64,000 bases of DNA from Laetmonice hystrix. Lineage: Eukaryota. Every line of letters starts with the position of its first letter. Within the stretch, counting starts at the first letter, position 1. The DNA is taken from NCBI GenBank assembly GCA_965235115.1, contig OZ249448.1:15686001-15750000 (forward strand), in the 5' to 3' direction. Of this stretch, positions 24,796 to 38,299 are shown in pieces. The position numbers and the translations under genes are program-made. The notes under the pieces are model-generated. The model made no database searches, was not told the origin of the DNA, and saw nothing but the letters and a program-made list of their open reading frames with translations.

Positions 24796-26878
24796 GTGTA
24801 GAACAGTATACCGGACACAGCTTCAAAGTATGAGGACAGTGATTAAGAAACGTGATCCAGGGTACAGCCATAAGTCATAAAACAATAGCGCTCTTGATGG
24901 GAGGCCCCCGCCCGCCTTCTTGCTGCATGCCCAAGTAGGCACCCTGAGCCCCGCAGAATGGGGGCATGGAAGTGTGTTGGAGAATGTTGGAGTGGGACAG
25001 TGCCTGCCAGGGTATTCCGAGAGGGGCGCCAGGGAGGGATACAGACCGTGATTTTGATGGATTTGTCATACGGGGACGCGACCCGAGTGGCATCGACTGA
25101 AATAGAGGGATATTGACTCAAAGATTGGGTCAGCATCAATCACTAGCTGAACAATGGACTCGTGGGGCTTACTGCCGCTACTTGGCAGGCAGGTGAAGGT
25201 CGCTTGACGACCACATCCTCGCTACGGCAACGTCCACTCTGTTAACAGTTAGCGTCTACAAGGAAGGCGTCAGCAAGCCGTGACATTATGAAGAGAGACA
25301 TTAACACTTTAACGGCTAATAAATTATTTGTAATGAGTTGTCACTAAACTAGGCGATTGGCTTGATGATCGCTTTGGCAGTCTATACACGTACTTTTGTT
25401 TTCTTTGTGAAGAGAGAAGCTTTAGCTTTAGATACATAACGCATCGATCAAATGTTATCGCTTTCCGTCTTATCAAGTGTCAGACAGACAGGTAAGGGTT
25501 AACATCAAAACTGGTCCATTGTTTTGAGAATACTAATACTTGGTGCTCAATAAGCACATTTTTAACGTTTGAAATATGACGCTGAAAACTGTCTTGCTAG
25601 AATTCGGTTGCAAGGCATCTTATGGAGGAAATGTCAAGACCTGAAAGTCCAGTGGACCAGCCAGGCGAGAGGAAAGGATGCTCAAATCCTTTAAGGAGAA
25701 TACCCTCATCTTCGTGTTCCCAACTTAGAATCCCTGAAGAGGTCCTCAGAGACTTGCAATGAGCCATCTGTAACATTTTTGCCATGATGCCTGCCGTCTT
25801 AGATCGCCCCATCGCCATGTATTGATCTTGATAGTTATCATGTCTTGTTGGAGGTGGGTGTGCTACTATTCTCACCATATCTGCCCGGGACAGTGCCCGC
25901 CGCAGTCATAGCGTGGGCAAATTGAAAGCCAAGCTTCAACAAGATAGGAGCCTAATGAAGGTCTCAGTGGGGACTAGGTCATCAGTTAGGACGGTGAAAC
26001 CCACTCCAGCAGAGGCCACTGTTTGGACAGCTAGGCTTGGCTGTCCGTTTAACGTCTCCTAGGATGTAAACCCGGGTAGGGGGGGTACTAATACCGGACC
26101 GAAGGCCTTGGCGGCCGCAGGGAGCGACTACAGATTGACAAGACAGAGTTGTGTACCAGGAAGAGCTTTACTTTAAGTGGCCATTCCCAACTCGGCCCCT
26201 GAATGCAGTATCAACCTGGCACATACTAGACTCATTGCTGATTCCTGCCCGTTCGGCATGCAATGAGCGTAGATTAGATGAGGAATGGCGCGCCCATACA
26301 GTGCATGTATAAACAACCAGCCACCAGTTAATAATGAAGTGTTGATAAACGGAGCAGTTCAAGCGGAACACCAACATGAACAGGTGTTCAGCTAACTGTA
26401 AAATTAGCTGCCAGTTTAATGTAAACAGCTCGATCGAGTTACAGTAATTCCGTATTGTAATGAGGTCATGAAAGACAGGGGTTGGAATGGCAACAAAAGA
26501 AAATCCAAGTTGAGTAACAACGCAGCTAGAATTGGTAACGTTCCATTTGATGGAACCTTTTAGACGTCTTCAAAACAGTGATTAATGCGCCACTAATAGA
26601 TTATGCAGCCGTTTCCTGCTCATCCATCTATTGTCCGCTGATTATCAATACACAGCAAACCATCAATTGAATGTTACTAATGTTCTAAAGTTGATATTCC
26701 TCAGTCGTATCCGCTACCCGCCATGCACCGATAGCCACCATGTGGTTGGTACCGAGTTTTGATATGACCTACATCTTTCAACCTTGGCGCCCTTCAGCAT
26801 ACGACACTTTATATAGACTACTTACAGTTAGAAACTCGCAGCTCATACCGCCGGCATAGATAGAATAATGCCGATGTA

Positions 26879-27700
26879 TACATGGCAATGAGTCACCTTA
26901 ACAAAAACCTCCAAGTCATGTACCTATACATGGCAATGAGTCACCTTAACGAAAACCTCCAAGTCATGTACCTATACATGGCAATGAGTCACCTTAACGA
27001 AAACCTCCAAGTCATGTACCTATACATGGCAATGAGTCACCTTAACGAAAACCTCCAAGTCATGTACCTATACATGGCAATGAGTCACCTTAACGAAAAC
27101 CTCCAAGTCATGTACCTATACATGACAATGAGTCACCTTAACGAAAACCTCCAAGTCATGCACCTATACATGGCAATGAGTCACCTTAACGAAAACCTCC
27201 AAGTCATGTACCTATACATGGCAATGAGTCACCTTAACGAAAACCTCCAAGTCATGTACCTATACATGGCAATGAGTCACCTTAACGAAAACCTCCAAGT
27301 CATGTACCTATACATGGCAATGAGTCACCTTAACGAAAACCTCCAAGTCATGCACCTATACATGGCAATGAGTCACCTTAACGAAAACCTCCAAGTCATG
27401 TACCTATACATGGCAATGAGTCACCTTAACGAAAACCTCCAAGTCATGCACCTATACATGGCAATGAGTCACCTTAACGAAAACCTCCAAGTCATGTACC
27501 TATACATGGCAATGAGTCACCTTAACGAAAACCTCCAAGTCATGTACCTATACATGGCAATGAGTCACCTTAACGAAAACCTCCAAGTCATGTACCTATA
27601 CATGGCAATGAGTCACCTTAACGAAAACCTCCAAGTCATGTACCTATACATGGCAATGAGTCACCTTAACGAAAACCTCCAGGTCATGTACCTATACATG
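26879..27700. repeat. 48-bp minisatellite, 17 near-identical copies, in CNG intron 1
   Basis: Unit ATGGCAATGAGTCACCTTAACGAAAACCTCCAAGTCATGTACCTATAC; it produces the 290-aa MAMSHLNENLQVMYLY ORF. Confidence 0.98.
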
Positions 27701-30700
27701 GTGGCAAGTACATTAGATCCCACGCCTTGGGTCCGTTCTGCCTGTGGTCTGTAAACAGTTGGCTGGTTTTGTGTGCCAAGTGAAATCGGGTCTGCCAGGA
27801 GGACTCACTGGAGTAGAAAACATTATTGATTCCGTAACAGGCCCTGTCAAAGTTAATGATATATATACAGATAGCTTTATTCAGGGTGATACGTACACGT
27901 TAATGGTACTGGAAGATTTCTGATAAACTTTGACCCCCAACTGAACACGTCCCGGCAATAATATAGTTTTGTAAAAGGACAGGTATTGCATGAGTGCACA
28001 AAATGAATAGGGTGATAGCAACTTGGAGGCATAGCGTTTCTCCATTTTCTATAAATGAACTTATGAAGGCACGTCACGATCAATACTTGTTAGATAGAAA
28101 AAAAATCTCATTATCTACCCTAATGAGTACAGAGAACTATTTTAAAATGATGCACAGGAATGAGACTATTGTGGCTCGTTGATTGGCTCTGATTCTATAC
28201 AGAACACATCGTGGTTTCTGGAAGCGGATGCCACAGGAGAGAGGTTTTCTGCGTATCGTATGTATATATTGTGCTATTTTCCGAGTTTAGGAATCGGAAT
28301 TTGGGATCCTTATGGGAGAAGAGGCCATCGTGATAGAAACATGATTTCTAGATCAACAGTTCATTCAATGGAATGGAGACATAATAATATAATCTTTGAG
28401 CGGGCACATGCATAGAACTGCCGGGCGGAGGTTGTGACTTATTATAGAATAATACTATAGAAAATATTTGTGATCTTTTATTGAGAAATGACAGGAGTAT
28501 GGATGTTTTCTAGGAACCGATCACAGTTTGCCAGAGCGACCGCGTCATAGTTTTTCAAACGAAACCAAGTAAACAAATTGCTCTCATCGTATTAAAAGTT
28601 TAACGTCATGTCAGCCAGATTTGATCCGGATCTGACACTGACCTTCCTACCAGTAATTGTGCCAACACGACTTCAAAATGTCGGACGTGACTAGTTTTTG
28701 TGTCATTTAATGTAATCGTAGTTAGGGCTGAAGCAAGCACTAAGTGGTTGTCTTCACGAGGTGCCAGTCTGCCACGCTGATCATGTAGTGAAAAAGATGG
28801 CAGGAAAAACTCCTCGTTTTAGCTGCCCTGCATGTGCAATGGTCACGGTTACCATGCTTTAAGTGCTGCTCCTTTAGTCACTTGGTACCATCTGCGCCTG
28901 GCAGACCGTGCAGCTGGTACCTGGTAGAACAGATGGACGTGAAAGAGCTTTGCGTCCTCACCCGACCACTTCACAGTTGTAACTCCGTCATTGCCGAATG
29001 AATGAATAGGAGAAAAAGTGAGATTTGAAGTGGAAAGATGTGGGGCAGGTAGATTAACTCTCCGGGCTGAAGGTTGTCTGTTGTTTCACAATTGGTGCAG
29101 TTGAAAATGAATATTATGCAGAAATAAAATGAAAAATGGTGTAATATGACTAGGTCCTTATCAACCACGGATTAGGATAAGGGGGAGGCAATGTCTGGGA
29201 TAAAATATTGAACCATGATTTACGATATAAGATGGAGCGATGATGGGCTTGCCAACTTTATCCGGGAACATTTTGAAATCAGCTCACAATATATCATCTC
29301 CTTACCACTTATACTCTTACCCTGATTTCGGTATTGACTAATTATTGGCTGGCCCCTTTCTGTAATATTGGTCTCAGCAGACGAATTCGTCATTCAAAGC
29401 CGATATGATAAAGGTCCAAGTACATACGAATTTAGGCGTTAGTTTAAGTGAATGCCCCCCCCCCCCCCCTCTCAGCTGTAAATGTCTATGACCAAACAAC
29501 AGTTAGAACGGCTGCACACAGGGCCGTTATAATATTCCTATACAGTGCCGCAGGCCTTGATGCTTTTGTGTAATAACGATTTCCACGGGGTCGCGGCCTC
29601 CATTCCAACGCTTGCAATAGTTTGAAGATTGGAGAAAATGCAGCCCATGAAAAGAACCTGTATGTTGGGAATGACTTATTATTTTCCTTTCTGTGTGAAC
29701 AGTGTGTGGGTTGGTGGGGGTTGCCCTGGAAGTTAAAGTAGCACCGGTAATAAGGCGGTGCTTGCACGGAACAGAACAAGGACTGTTCAGGTGGCTACAT
29801 GTAACCAGAGCGCTGAGAGCTATACGCCGACTGTAGGGTCCCCCAAGGTCAGCAGGCCGGCGGGGCTCGTGGTGAAGGGGATTTATATCAGGATCTTATC
29901 CTACCTTCATCACGTTCGCCTTGATACTGAAGCATTTATTTCTCTTTCTCAGCGCTAGCGCTGAGCTAGTTTCGACAAAATGATATTAATGTATGACATC
30001 ACATTATTAAGTGTGGAGTTTTTGGAGAGAAAAAAGTGGGAAATCTTTGGACTTGGCAGTAAAGGGACCAGCAATGAATTACCGTCTCATTAAATGTGGG
30101 CCTTGTACTGGCCATCTGATCAGTGATGATCCTTCCATACAGGGCATAGCGAGACAAAGGTCGGCTTGTTACCCAACGTGTCCGCTAAGTCACCCATACC
30201 AACGACTTAACTGTAATCAAAACAGGTCGATACTCTCACTAATTAACAGTCATCAGCGCCAGCCTCTACAACAGTTAATGAGCTGCCATCAAAGGGGCTC
30301 GGATCAGGCCAATGTTGCCGGGGGATAACGCCTAATACCCACTGACAAGTGTGGGCAAGGCGGAGCCAAGGCTAAGCTAAGGCCTGTAGACTGTTTCGAC
30401 CGGTGCTAATGGTCACTGACAGGTCCAAGGTGTTGAGCCGTCCTTCAAGTCACTAACAAGCCCACGCCCCCAGCCGTCGGGGACAAGAACTACTTGTAAC
30501 ACCTAAAATACAATGGGCGACAGGACACCAAAGTGAATGTTCAGTTTTAGGAAAATTAATATAGATAAGTTTAACCTTGTTGAAAAAAGACATGAGAGGC
30601 GTTCATTTTCTGCTTTGATCACAGAGAATAGTTCTAGTAAAGTGGTGACGGTATGTGAATAATTATTTAAGGTGCAGCTGGAGGTGACGTACGTCTGGGG

Positions 30701-30875
30701 ACTCTGGACATCACAGATTGTTGGTAAATGGCATTGATGATTCATCGCGTCAGTTCCCAGGCTTTCGAGGAAAGAAACAATGAAAATTCAGGCAATTACT
30801 CATAAGCTGCATGAATGCAGTTCATCAAAGGCACGACTAAACACTCGCTGACCTTTCGAAGGACGTCTGAATGAG

Positions 30876-30947
30876 GCGCGCCCTCTGGCGACAGAAGAAA
30901 CTCGATATGCTAACCAGGGCTTTCAGTGTCACCAACAGGGGGCGCCC
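30876..30947. promoter_or_regulatory. Divergent pair of CTCF-like motifs
   Basis: Minus-strand TCGCCAGAGGGCGC (about 30878-30891) and plus-strand CCAACAGGGGGCGC (30932-30945), each 1-2 mismatches from CCASYAGRKGGCRC. Confidence 0.5.
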
Positions 30948-31519
30948 AAGGACGTACTCAAAATAAAACCGTGTTAATCAGGTTAACAGATCACTATAAA
31001 TCCATGCATTCTCAAAATAAGTAGATTGAAAGGACAAGTCTTTAAATGAGAGAAATCTTACATAGTTGGTGTTCTGTCTCAGTTTGAGAAACCGGATATG
31101 ATCAGCCATTTTACTACATACATTTATATGTCCTCCAGGCAATTGTCTCTCAAGTCTCGCCTTGAATCGGTTCATAGCCTCAAGGGTATATTCATGAATC
31201 TGAGCCTAAAGTTAGAGGAGTGTTTAAAGTAGTCTGGTAGTGTTGTCGACAGACAATCTGATATTAACAGAGATGCAAAACGTGGCCGCAGTAGCTGGGT
31301 CGCTTCTGTTTTTGTTCATGACACCGAATATGTTGCCAGGCAATATGACATGTATCCTTACAATCTTTGTAGATAATGTGTACAGAAAGCCTCTCATTTA
31401 AATAGTTGCATCCCTCATTAAACCCCGTGCTTCACCATAATTGCTTTTTTATGCGGTTCTCCACTTAAAGGATGAACCCCAAGATGTGGCATTTGCTTGA
31501 TATCTAACCCCAGTTTTAA

Positions 31520-31693
31520 AGGGCAACTACTAAACTTTCAGATTTTAGGAGATCACGGGCAGTAGTCAAATTACGGATCGTTATGATCTACTTTCCAACT
31601 TCTCTAGAGGTTATCCTTGAGACACGATAAAAATATTTTCCAGAGATTGGAAAAGATTCAATCAAGATAAAATCGAAATGTTTAAGTTGCCCT
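31520..31693. mobile_element. Kolobok-like MITE (174 bp)
   Basis: Left TTAA|AGGGCAACTACTAAACTTTCAGATTTT; right AAAATCGAAATGTTTAAGTTGCCCT|TAGA. The TIRs are imperfect and the right TTAA is degenerate. Confidence 0.5.
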
Positions 31694-34600
31694 TAGAAAG
31701 AAACCTGTGGGTCATGTCTAACTAGTTTCCAGGTGGTCAGAGATCATGGCTTTCTGTTTCGAAATGAACTTGCGTTATAATACTCCACCAGCGTCTAATG
31801 AAATAGTTATTATAATTTTATTATTATCCCGTGGCATTTGAATGGTTACAATTACTTCACAGTATCCAAGTGTTATCAGCAACTTTTTTGTAATCACTGC
31901 TGTGAGTTTTATCATCCTTTTTATGTCGACTTGAGGTGTGTCTTTCAGGGAGAGGAGAAAGGAGGCAGTTAGGCACAAAAAGTTAATCATGGGAATCGCT
32001 GACATCATCAGTTTAATTTTTCACGGGAAAACGCTCCTTTATATTTTATGTGCTTGAGTTATAAATACATGCATTAGTTTACGCACCCAGATTCGTCGTC
32101 ATAGATGAGTTTTTTCCTCTCAATGATCTGAAAGTTTCTTACTTTTGATACTCTTTGTACAACCCATGTGATTACACATCGCGTCTGTGGGTCAGCTTTG
32201 TAAAAGTTTTCTCGGAAGAAAAGAACTCGGCAGTATCTTTTGAGGGATACGTTTACTGGATATGTGTTTTTTGAAAGGGCAAGTTTGCTTGATTGATTGT
32301 GGCTTTGTACGGATTATTGTTGCACCTAAAGAAGAAATTTCTGTAGGTTGCCCGTACAGGCATGTTTAATTTGATGCAGCAGTGTTAATTCCCTTTTCAC
32401 TTTTCATCCGAAGGGAACTGAGTACTTGGGTTTGTAGGCGTACAAGTCATCCGATGGGTACGGCTTGAAGTAATGAGATTGACTTACCCGATGTGACATG
32501 CTGCATTAGACAATTCCATGTATCTGTTGATGACAAGAAGCCGCCTCCCACACACACCCCATATTAGAGGGGCAGGATCCCTGTGCCCGCACAGATACTC
32601 TATTATTTCTCGTAACCCGATAAGTGATAGGCGGGGGTCACACAACATTCTACCCTTGTACAAGCACTTATCTCCAGCTATATCTGGTATTCAGTACTGT
32701 CATGACATAGCCACCTGGGCTCAATTCGTTAATTACTCAGGATATCACATTACTTGCCGGCTCATTCCAACGCTAATTTAATCATGGTTTCATCAGTCAG
32801 CCAAGTGCAGGGAGATATTAAAGATTCACCCTCGGTTTAGACGGGCGCTAGACCAGGCCAGACTGGATGGATCGGCTGTCGTTCTCTGATGTGTACCCAA
32901 ATACCCCTTATTGACCTCACCAAACTATAGACCCCCCCGGCCATCCATTCACGAGACGCCATGCAGGTCAACCTGCAGAGATCACGTCTATTTGGGGGGT
33001 TGGGGGCATTGGGTCTCAGCGGATTTCTATCTGAACAGTAAATTGCAGTTCGTGGATTTTTTTGTATTGTCGACCGGAATTGAAAAGTCAAACTGCGTAA
33101 TGTAAAATGTCAGTAGAGAACTCGATTCATGACTGAGATATTAGATGAAGCGGGAGAAGGATAGAAAATAACTCCAGTGATGACAAATTAAGAGCATATT
33201 TAAACCTTTTTATGGTGTAGAAAAAGGGAATTAATAAAGATAAAGAACAACATAGGATACATTGACACTTCATGAAGGTAACATTTACGGAATACCAGAG
33301 TTGAGAGATGAGATATTCGGGAGTTGGTTTCTGGGGTTCGTGTGATCGAGACATTCATAACGATCTAGTGGAGCCTGCTGAATACAACCCTGACACCAAG
33401 TCGATCGTTGGGTGGGGCCGGGGGTATGACCTCCCGGCACAGGTGTCAGGGTTAGGGGGTGGTATGAACTGGAGCAAGAGAAGGAGGTGGGGCGCCTGGA
33501 GTAATGCACTCCCACCAAGGCTAAGGTCACAAGATGTGCGAGTACAACGTTGTGAATGTGTGGGGACACATATAGTGTAACACGGACTGGGATCATGTTT
33601 ACTTATAGGGGACAGCATCTAACGGTGAGAACCTGGTTTAGAAAATTAGAAAACGAAATTAATGGGAATCAAAGATTTATCATTTTTATGTTTTACTGAA
33701 AATTCCATCCCCCACCTCCTCTCCAAATAACAAAAAATGTTTAGGAAACACGCTCTTCGTGTAGCCGGTTTCACACGGCCCTTGTAGTTGGACAACTCCA
33801 TCAAGAACTGGCATTCTCTCATTCTGCGCCCAAGTCGTTGTCGCCCACACAAGCTATGTTCTATATTGTGTGTTTCCCGCTAACTTGTGAACGTTTTCTT
33901 CTATACACAAGAATGCCTTGGTATTGCAAAGATGAACTTCTCTTACCAGCCAAACTATGCCAATATTGGCACTCTTACTAATGTGGACAGTAGCCCTGTT
34001 TGAGAGTGCGGACGGTGAATATCAAATACCTCGCGGTAGAGGACATATGACCAAAGTCTGCAAAACAACCCAAGTCCAAATTCAACTAACACTGTAGACA
34101 CTTCAATGTCAAATAGAATGCCAATGAGTTTTTCACACCCACACTCACAAACAGCCAGCGCCTGGGATGCACGTAGGACCATTGATCGAATCTAAGTCCT
34201 CTTGCAGTGGACAGTGGAGAGCGCCTTAACTCAACTTAAACAGGCCTGATGTTATCAGCTGTACTTGACTGTGTATATGTTAACCCCACGTATCCCCTGG
34301 GGACATTGAACGGGTATGACGTCAAACAGTGGTCAGTTGGAGTTTTTATTTGAAAAGTAAGTCTTTAGAAGTAGATGGTCGTAGAGGTCGGTTTGTGTAC
34401 TTCTGGAAGGATCGAGAAGGAAGTGGATGAGGCAATCAAAGTCAGAACGGGTCGTGAGCTCCGTGGGTATTCTTCCACCCTCAGAGGTCTCCTGTCCTAT
34501 TCCACTATGGTGACTTACTTAATCCTACTGGTCAACTGGCAAGTTAAAAGTTTGCTGCTGATACCGTCGATGTCGGAGAGATAAGGATTCTCCCCATCTT

Positions 34601-35607
34601 GGAATAGGCAGTTCCCACTGTGTTAAAAAATCTACAACTACCGATAGCCAAAAACCACTCAACCTTTACAAGTTAATCTCTACGGTATATAAAACAAGTC
34701 TCCGGGATAAATTACCAAAAGCCGTCAACCAGATTTAAGATTCGCATTTTAAAAAGTGGCACTTGCTTTGGGAGTTGGAAGAGGAAGCTAGCGCACGAAT
34801 GTGACAACCTCAGCTTCAGGTCTGAAATCAATTAAATCACCAGAATGTCACAAACTCCTGCCTTCCGGTGAATTGTGGTCTTAAATTACGGAGTTCTTTC
34901 TCAGACGGTACGAAGTCGTAAACGACAAATTAGCTCGTAAATATTGGCTTACTCCGGCATTTACGTAAACTTGCTGACTTGTATTTACGAGGGTCCTTAA
35001 CTCGGAATATTGCCATGTAATATTGCTTCACATCCAGGAATTTAAGCGGCGAAAATGGCGCGCAGTTTCGTGAAACGAGAGAATTCATTGACTGCTATTG
35101 TTAGGAGATTGGGGTGACATTACGAATGGACTCAACAGTAGCTCAGAATCAAGGAATGTCGAAGATCAGAGAAGGAGGAGGGTAAATAGGGTTTAGATAT
35201 TTCCCATTACTTCAGTGCTGTGACATTATACGCATTATATGGGTAGATACTGATGGGATAATGCGCAGTAGAAACGGGTTATGCCTGCGTTTCGTCTGGA
35301 CTTCAGATAATTGGACATGGATTTCTTCCACGACTCGTGCTGACCTCCTTCCTGGTCGGCTTTAGGTTTGAATCTATCGCGAAATGACGAGATTAACCAT
35401 GCATGAATATGGTATATACCGCCGGTTGAAACAAATCCATGTAATTGGAATGTCTTGGAGAGGGCAGCATTATCCAGCGGACCCCGTGGATGGTACATCG
35501 CAACATTCTCAGATATATAGGCCGCCTCGCCTCATCAAACGTTCGCATTTTCAAGTGATTTTGTGATAATGCAATTTAGGTGAAATAAATATAGCACTGA
35601 AAAATAA

Positions 35608-37280
35608 TTGTTATGGGTTTGAGTGTACACCGTGGTACAGTCAGGTCTGGGAGCGGTTGCCCGACCATGGGCTAGGGACCTTGTTATCGGTTTGAGTGTA
35701 CACCGTGGTACAGTCAGGTCTGGGAGCGGTTGCCCGACCATGGACTAGGGACCTTGTTATCGGTTTGAGTGTACACCGTGGTACAGCCAGGTCTGGGGGC
35801 GGTTGCCCGACCATGGGCTAGGGACCTTGTTATCGGTTTGAGTGTACACCGTGGTACAGCCAGGTCTGGGGGCGGTTGCCCGACCATGGGCTAGGGACCT
35901 TGTTATCGGTTTGAGTGTACACCGTGGTACAGCCAGGTCTGGGGGCGGTTGCCCGACCATGGGCTAGGGACCTTGTTATCGGTTTGAGTGTACACCGTGG
36001 TACAGTCAGGTCTGGGAGCGGTTGCCCGACCATGGGCTAGGGACCTTGTTATCGGTTTGAGTGTACACCGTGGTACAGCCAGGTCTGGGGGCGGTTGCCC
36101 GACCATGGGCTAGGGACCTTGTTATCGGTTTGAGTGTACACCGTGGTACAGTCAGGTCTGGGAGCGGTTGCCCGACCATGGGCTAGGGACCTTGTTATCG
36201 GTTTGAGTGTACACCGTGGTACAGTCAGGTCTGGGAGCGGTTGCCCGACCATGGGCTAGGGACCTTGTTATCGGTTTGAGTGTACACCGTGGTACAGCCA
36301 GGTCTGGGCGCGGTTGCCCGACCATGGGCTAGGGACCTTGTTATCGGTTTGAGTGTACACCGTGATACAGTCAGGTCTGGGAGCGGTTGCCCGACCATGG
36401 GCTAGGGACCTTGTTATCGGTTTGAGTGTACACCGTGGTACAGCCAGGTCTGGGGGCGGTTGTCCGACCATGGGCTAGGGACCTTGTTATCGGTTTGAGT
36501 GTACACCGTGGTACAGCCAGGTCTGGGAGCGGTTGCCCGACCATGGGCTAGGGACCTTGTTATCGGTTTGAGTGTACACCGTGGTACAGCCAGGTCTGGG
36601 AGCGGTTGCCCGACCATGGGACCTTGTTATCGGTTTGAGTGTACACCGTGGTACAGCCAGGTCTGGGGGCGGTTGCCAGACCATGGGCTAGGGACCTTGT
36701 TATCGGTTTGAGTGTACACCGTGGTACAGCCAGGTCTGGGGGCGGTTGCCTGACCATGGGCTAGGGACCTTGTTATCGGTTTGAGTGTACACCGTGGTAC
36801 AGCCAGGTCTGGGGGCGGTTGCCCGACCATGGGCTAGGGACCTTGTTATCGGTTTGAGTGTACACCGTGGTACAGTCAGGTCTGGGAGCGGTTGCCCGAC
36901 CATGGGCTAGGGACCTTGTTATCGGTTTGAGTGTACACCGAGGTACAGCCAGGTCTGGGGGCGGTTGCCCGACCATGGGCTAGGGACCTTGTTATCGGTT
37001 TGAGTGTACACCGTGGTACAGCCAGGTCTGGGAGCGGTTGCCCGACCATGGGCTAGGGACCTTGTTATCGGTTTGAGTGAACACCGTGGTACAGTCAGGT
37101 CTGGGGGCGGTTGCCCGACCATGGGCTAGGGACCTTGTTATCGGTTTGAGTGTACACCGTGGTACAGTCAGGTCTGGGGGCGGTTGCCCGACCATGGGCT
37201 AGGGACCTTGTTATCGGTTTGAGTGTACACCGTGGTACAGTCAGGTCTGGGAGCGGTTGCCCGACCATGGACTAGGGACC
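35608..37280. repeat. 73-bp minisatellite, about 23 copies
   Basis: Unit GGTTTGAGTGTACACCGTGGTACAG(T/C)CAGGTCTGGG(A/G)GCGGTTGCCCGACCATGGGCTAGGGACCTTGTTATC; it produces the stack of about 67-aa minus-strand ORFs. Confidence 0.98.
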
Positions 37281-37311
37281 TACCATTAAACGGATTTGGA
37301 AACACTTTAAC

Positions 37312-37530
37312 CCTTTTCTACACGAACAAGTTTTCCTTGACAAGTCTTCATTGATAGTAATAAGTTTTTCTCCCCAATGCCCACTCGTTGGAAAGCTGGT
37401 GGTGCTAGCTTTTTAACGCCAAGTAAACGAGAAAAGCTTGCCATGGGCGAGGAAAACTTGTTGGTAATCTACACGGGCACATCACTCGTCAATTAAGACT
37501 TGTCAAGGAAACTATTTCGTGTAGAATAGG
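37312..37530. mobile_element. MITE with about 40-bp TIRs, probably Harbinger-type
   Basis: Left TTCTACACGAACAAGTTTTCCTTGACAAGTCTTCATTGA; right reverse complement TTCTACACGAAATAGTTTCCTTGACAAGTCTTAATTGA. It starts about 30 bp after the 73-bp array. Confidence 0.8.
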
Positions 37531-38299
37531 CAGATGGTAGCCAGAAATCAATCAGGTGTAGGCATATGGAGGATCAGGCGCCTGCAACTACTCGTACACC
37601 ACACCGACAGCAGACAGGAGGTTCACTACCCGTAATTAACCGGCATGGAATGTCTGCTATTCTCACGGTTTAAAGCGAGTCAATCATGATGAAATGGCAA
37701 AGTGAAAATGACAGGGAAAGCTGCTATCGGAACATTCCTAACACGAGGTAAAGGACGACAGCCTGGTGAATGTGTCACACATAGAAGATAAAGTGGGTTT
37801 TTACATTATTATACTAACCCCAATCTAAAACGACCGCGCACCCGCATGGCGAAGTTTTCCTTTGGGATCTTAGTAATTCAGCCGGATTTTATGACAACAG
37901 ATCACATTTTCTTGTGTTAAAATTGACAAATTCGTGTTATAACCTCTCAAAGCGAAATTTGAGCCCAGCGCTACGTCGCTGATTGATTTAGCCAATTTTA
38001 AGCTTACAATACGTTGGCAAACTCTAAGAAATGTATTGAGAGAAATACCGTGCTCAATTGCTTCCAAATGAGAAATTTGTTTTCACAGTACCCAATAAAA
38101 TTGTTTAAATGAGACGAAAAACGTGCTGATTGAATTTCGATAAATGATTATGTTTTTTAAAAGGCCTCATCAGTATTTGCGTCTCGACAAAAACTATTTG
38201 AAGAGAAGTTTCCTTGGTGAATTGGTGCTGTCTGAGCGGAAACCCCCTGCGGCCACATTGGTATGGTGATGTAAGAGGATCGACGAACTGCGAGCAGGA

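Noticed and set aside
26882-27754. 290-aa ORF of MAMSHLNENLQVMYLY repeats
   Set aside because: It is open only because the 48-bp unit is a multiple of 3 with no stop in one frame. It has no unique domain or splice support, and it lies in an intron.
34410-34500. IEKEVDEAIKVR resembling the Penelope GIY-YIG C-terminus
   Set aside because: The similarity covers about 12 residues, with no RT motifs or typical tail nearby.
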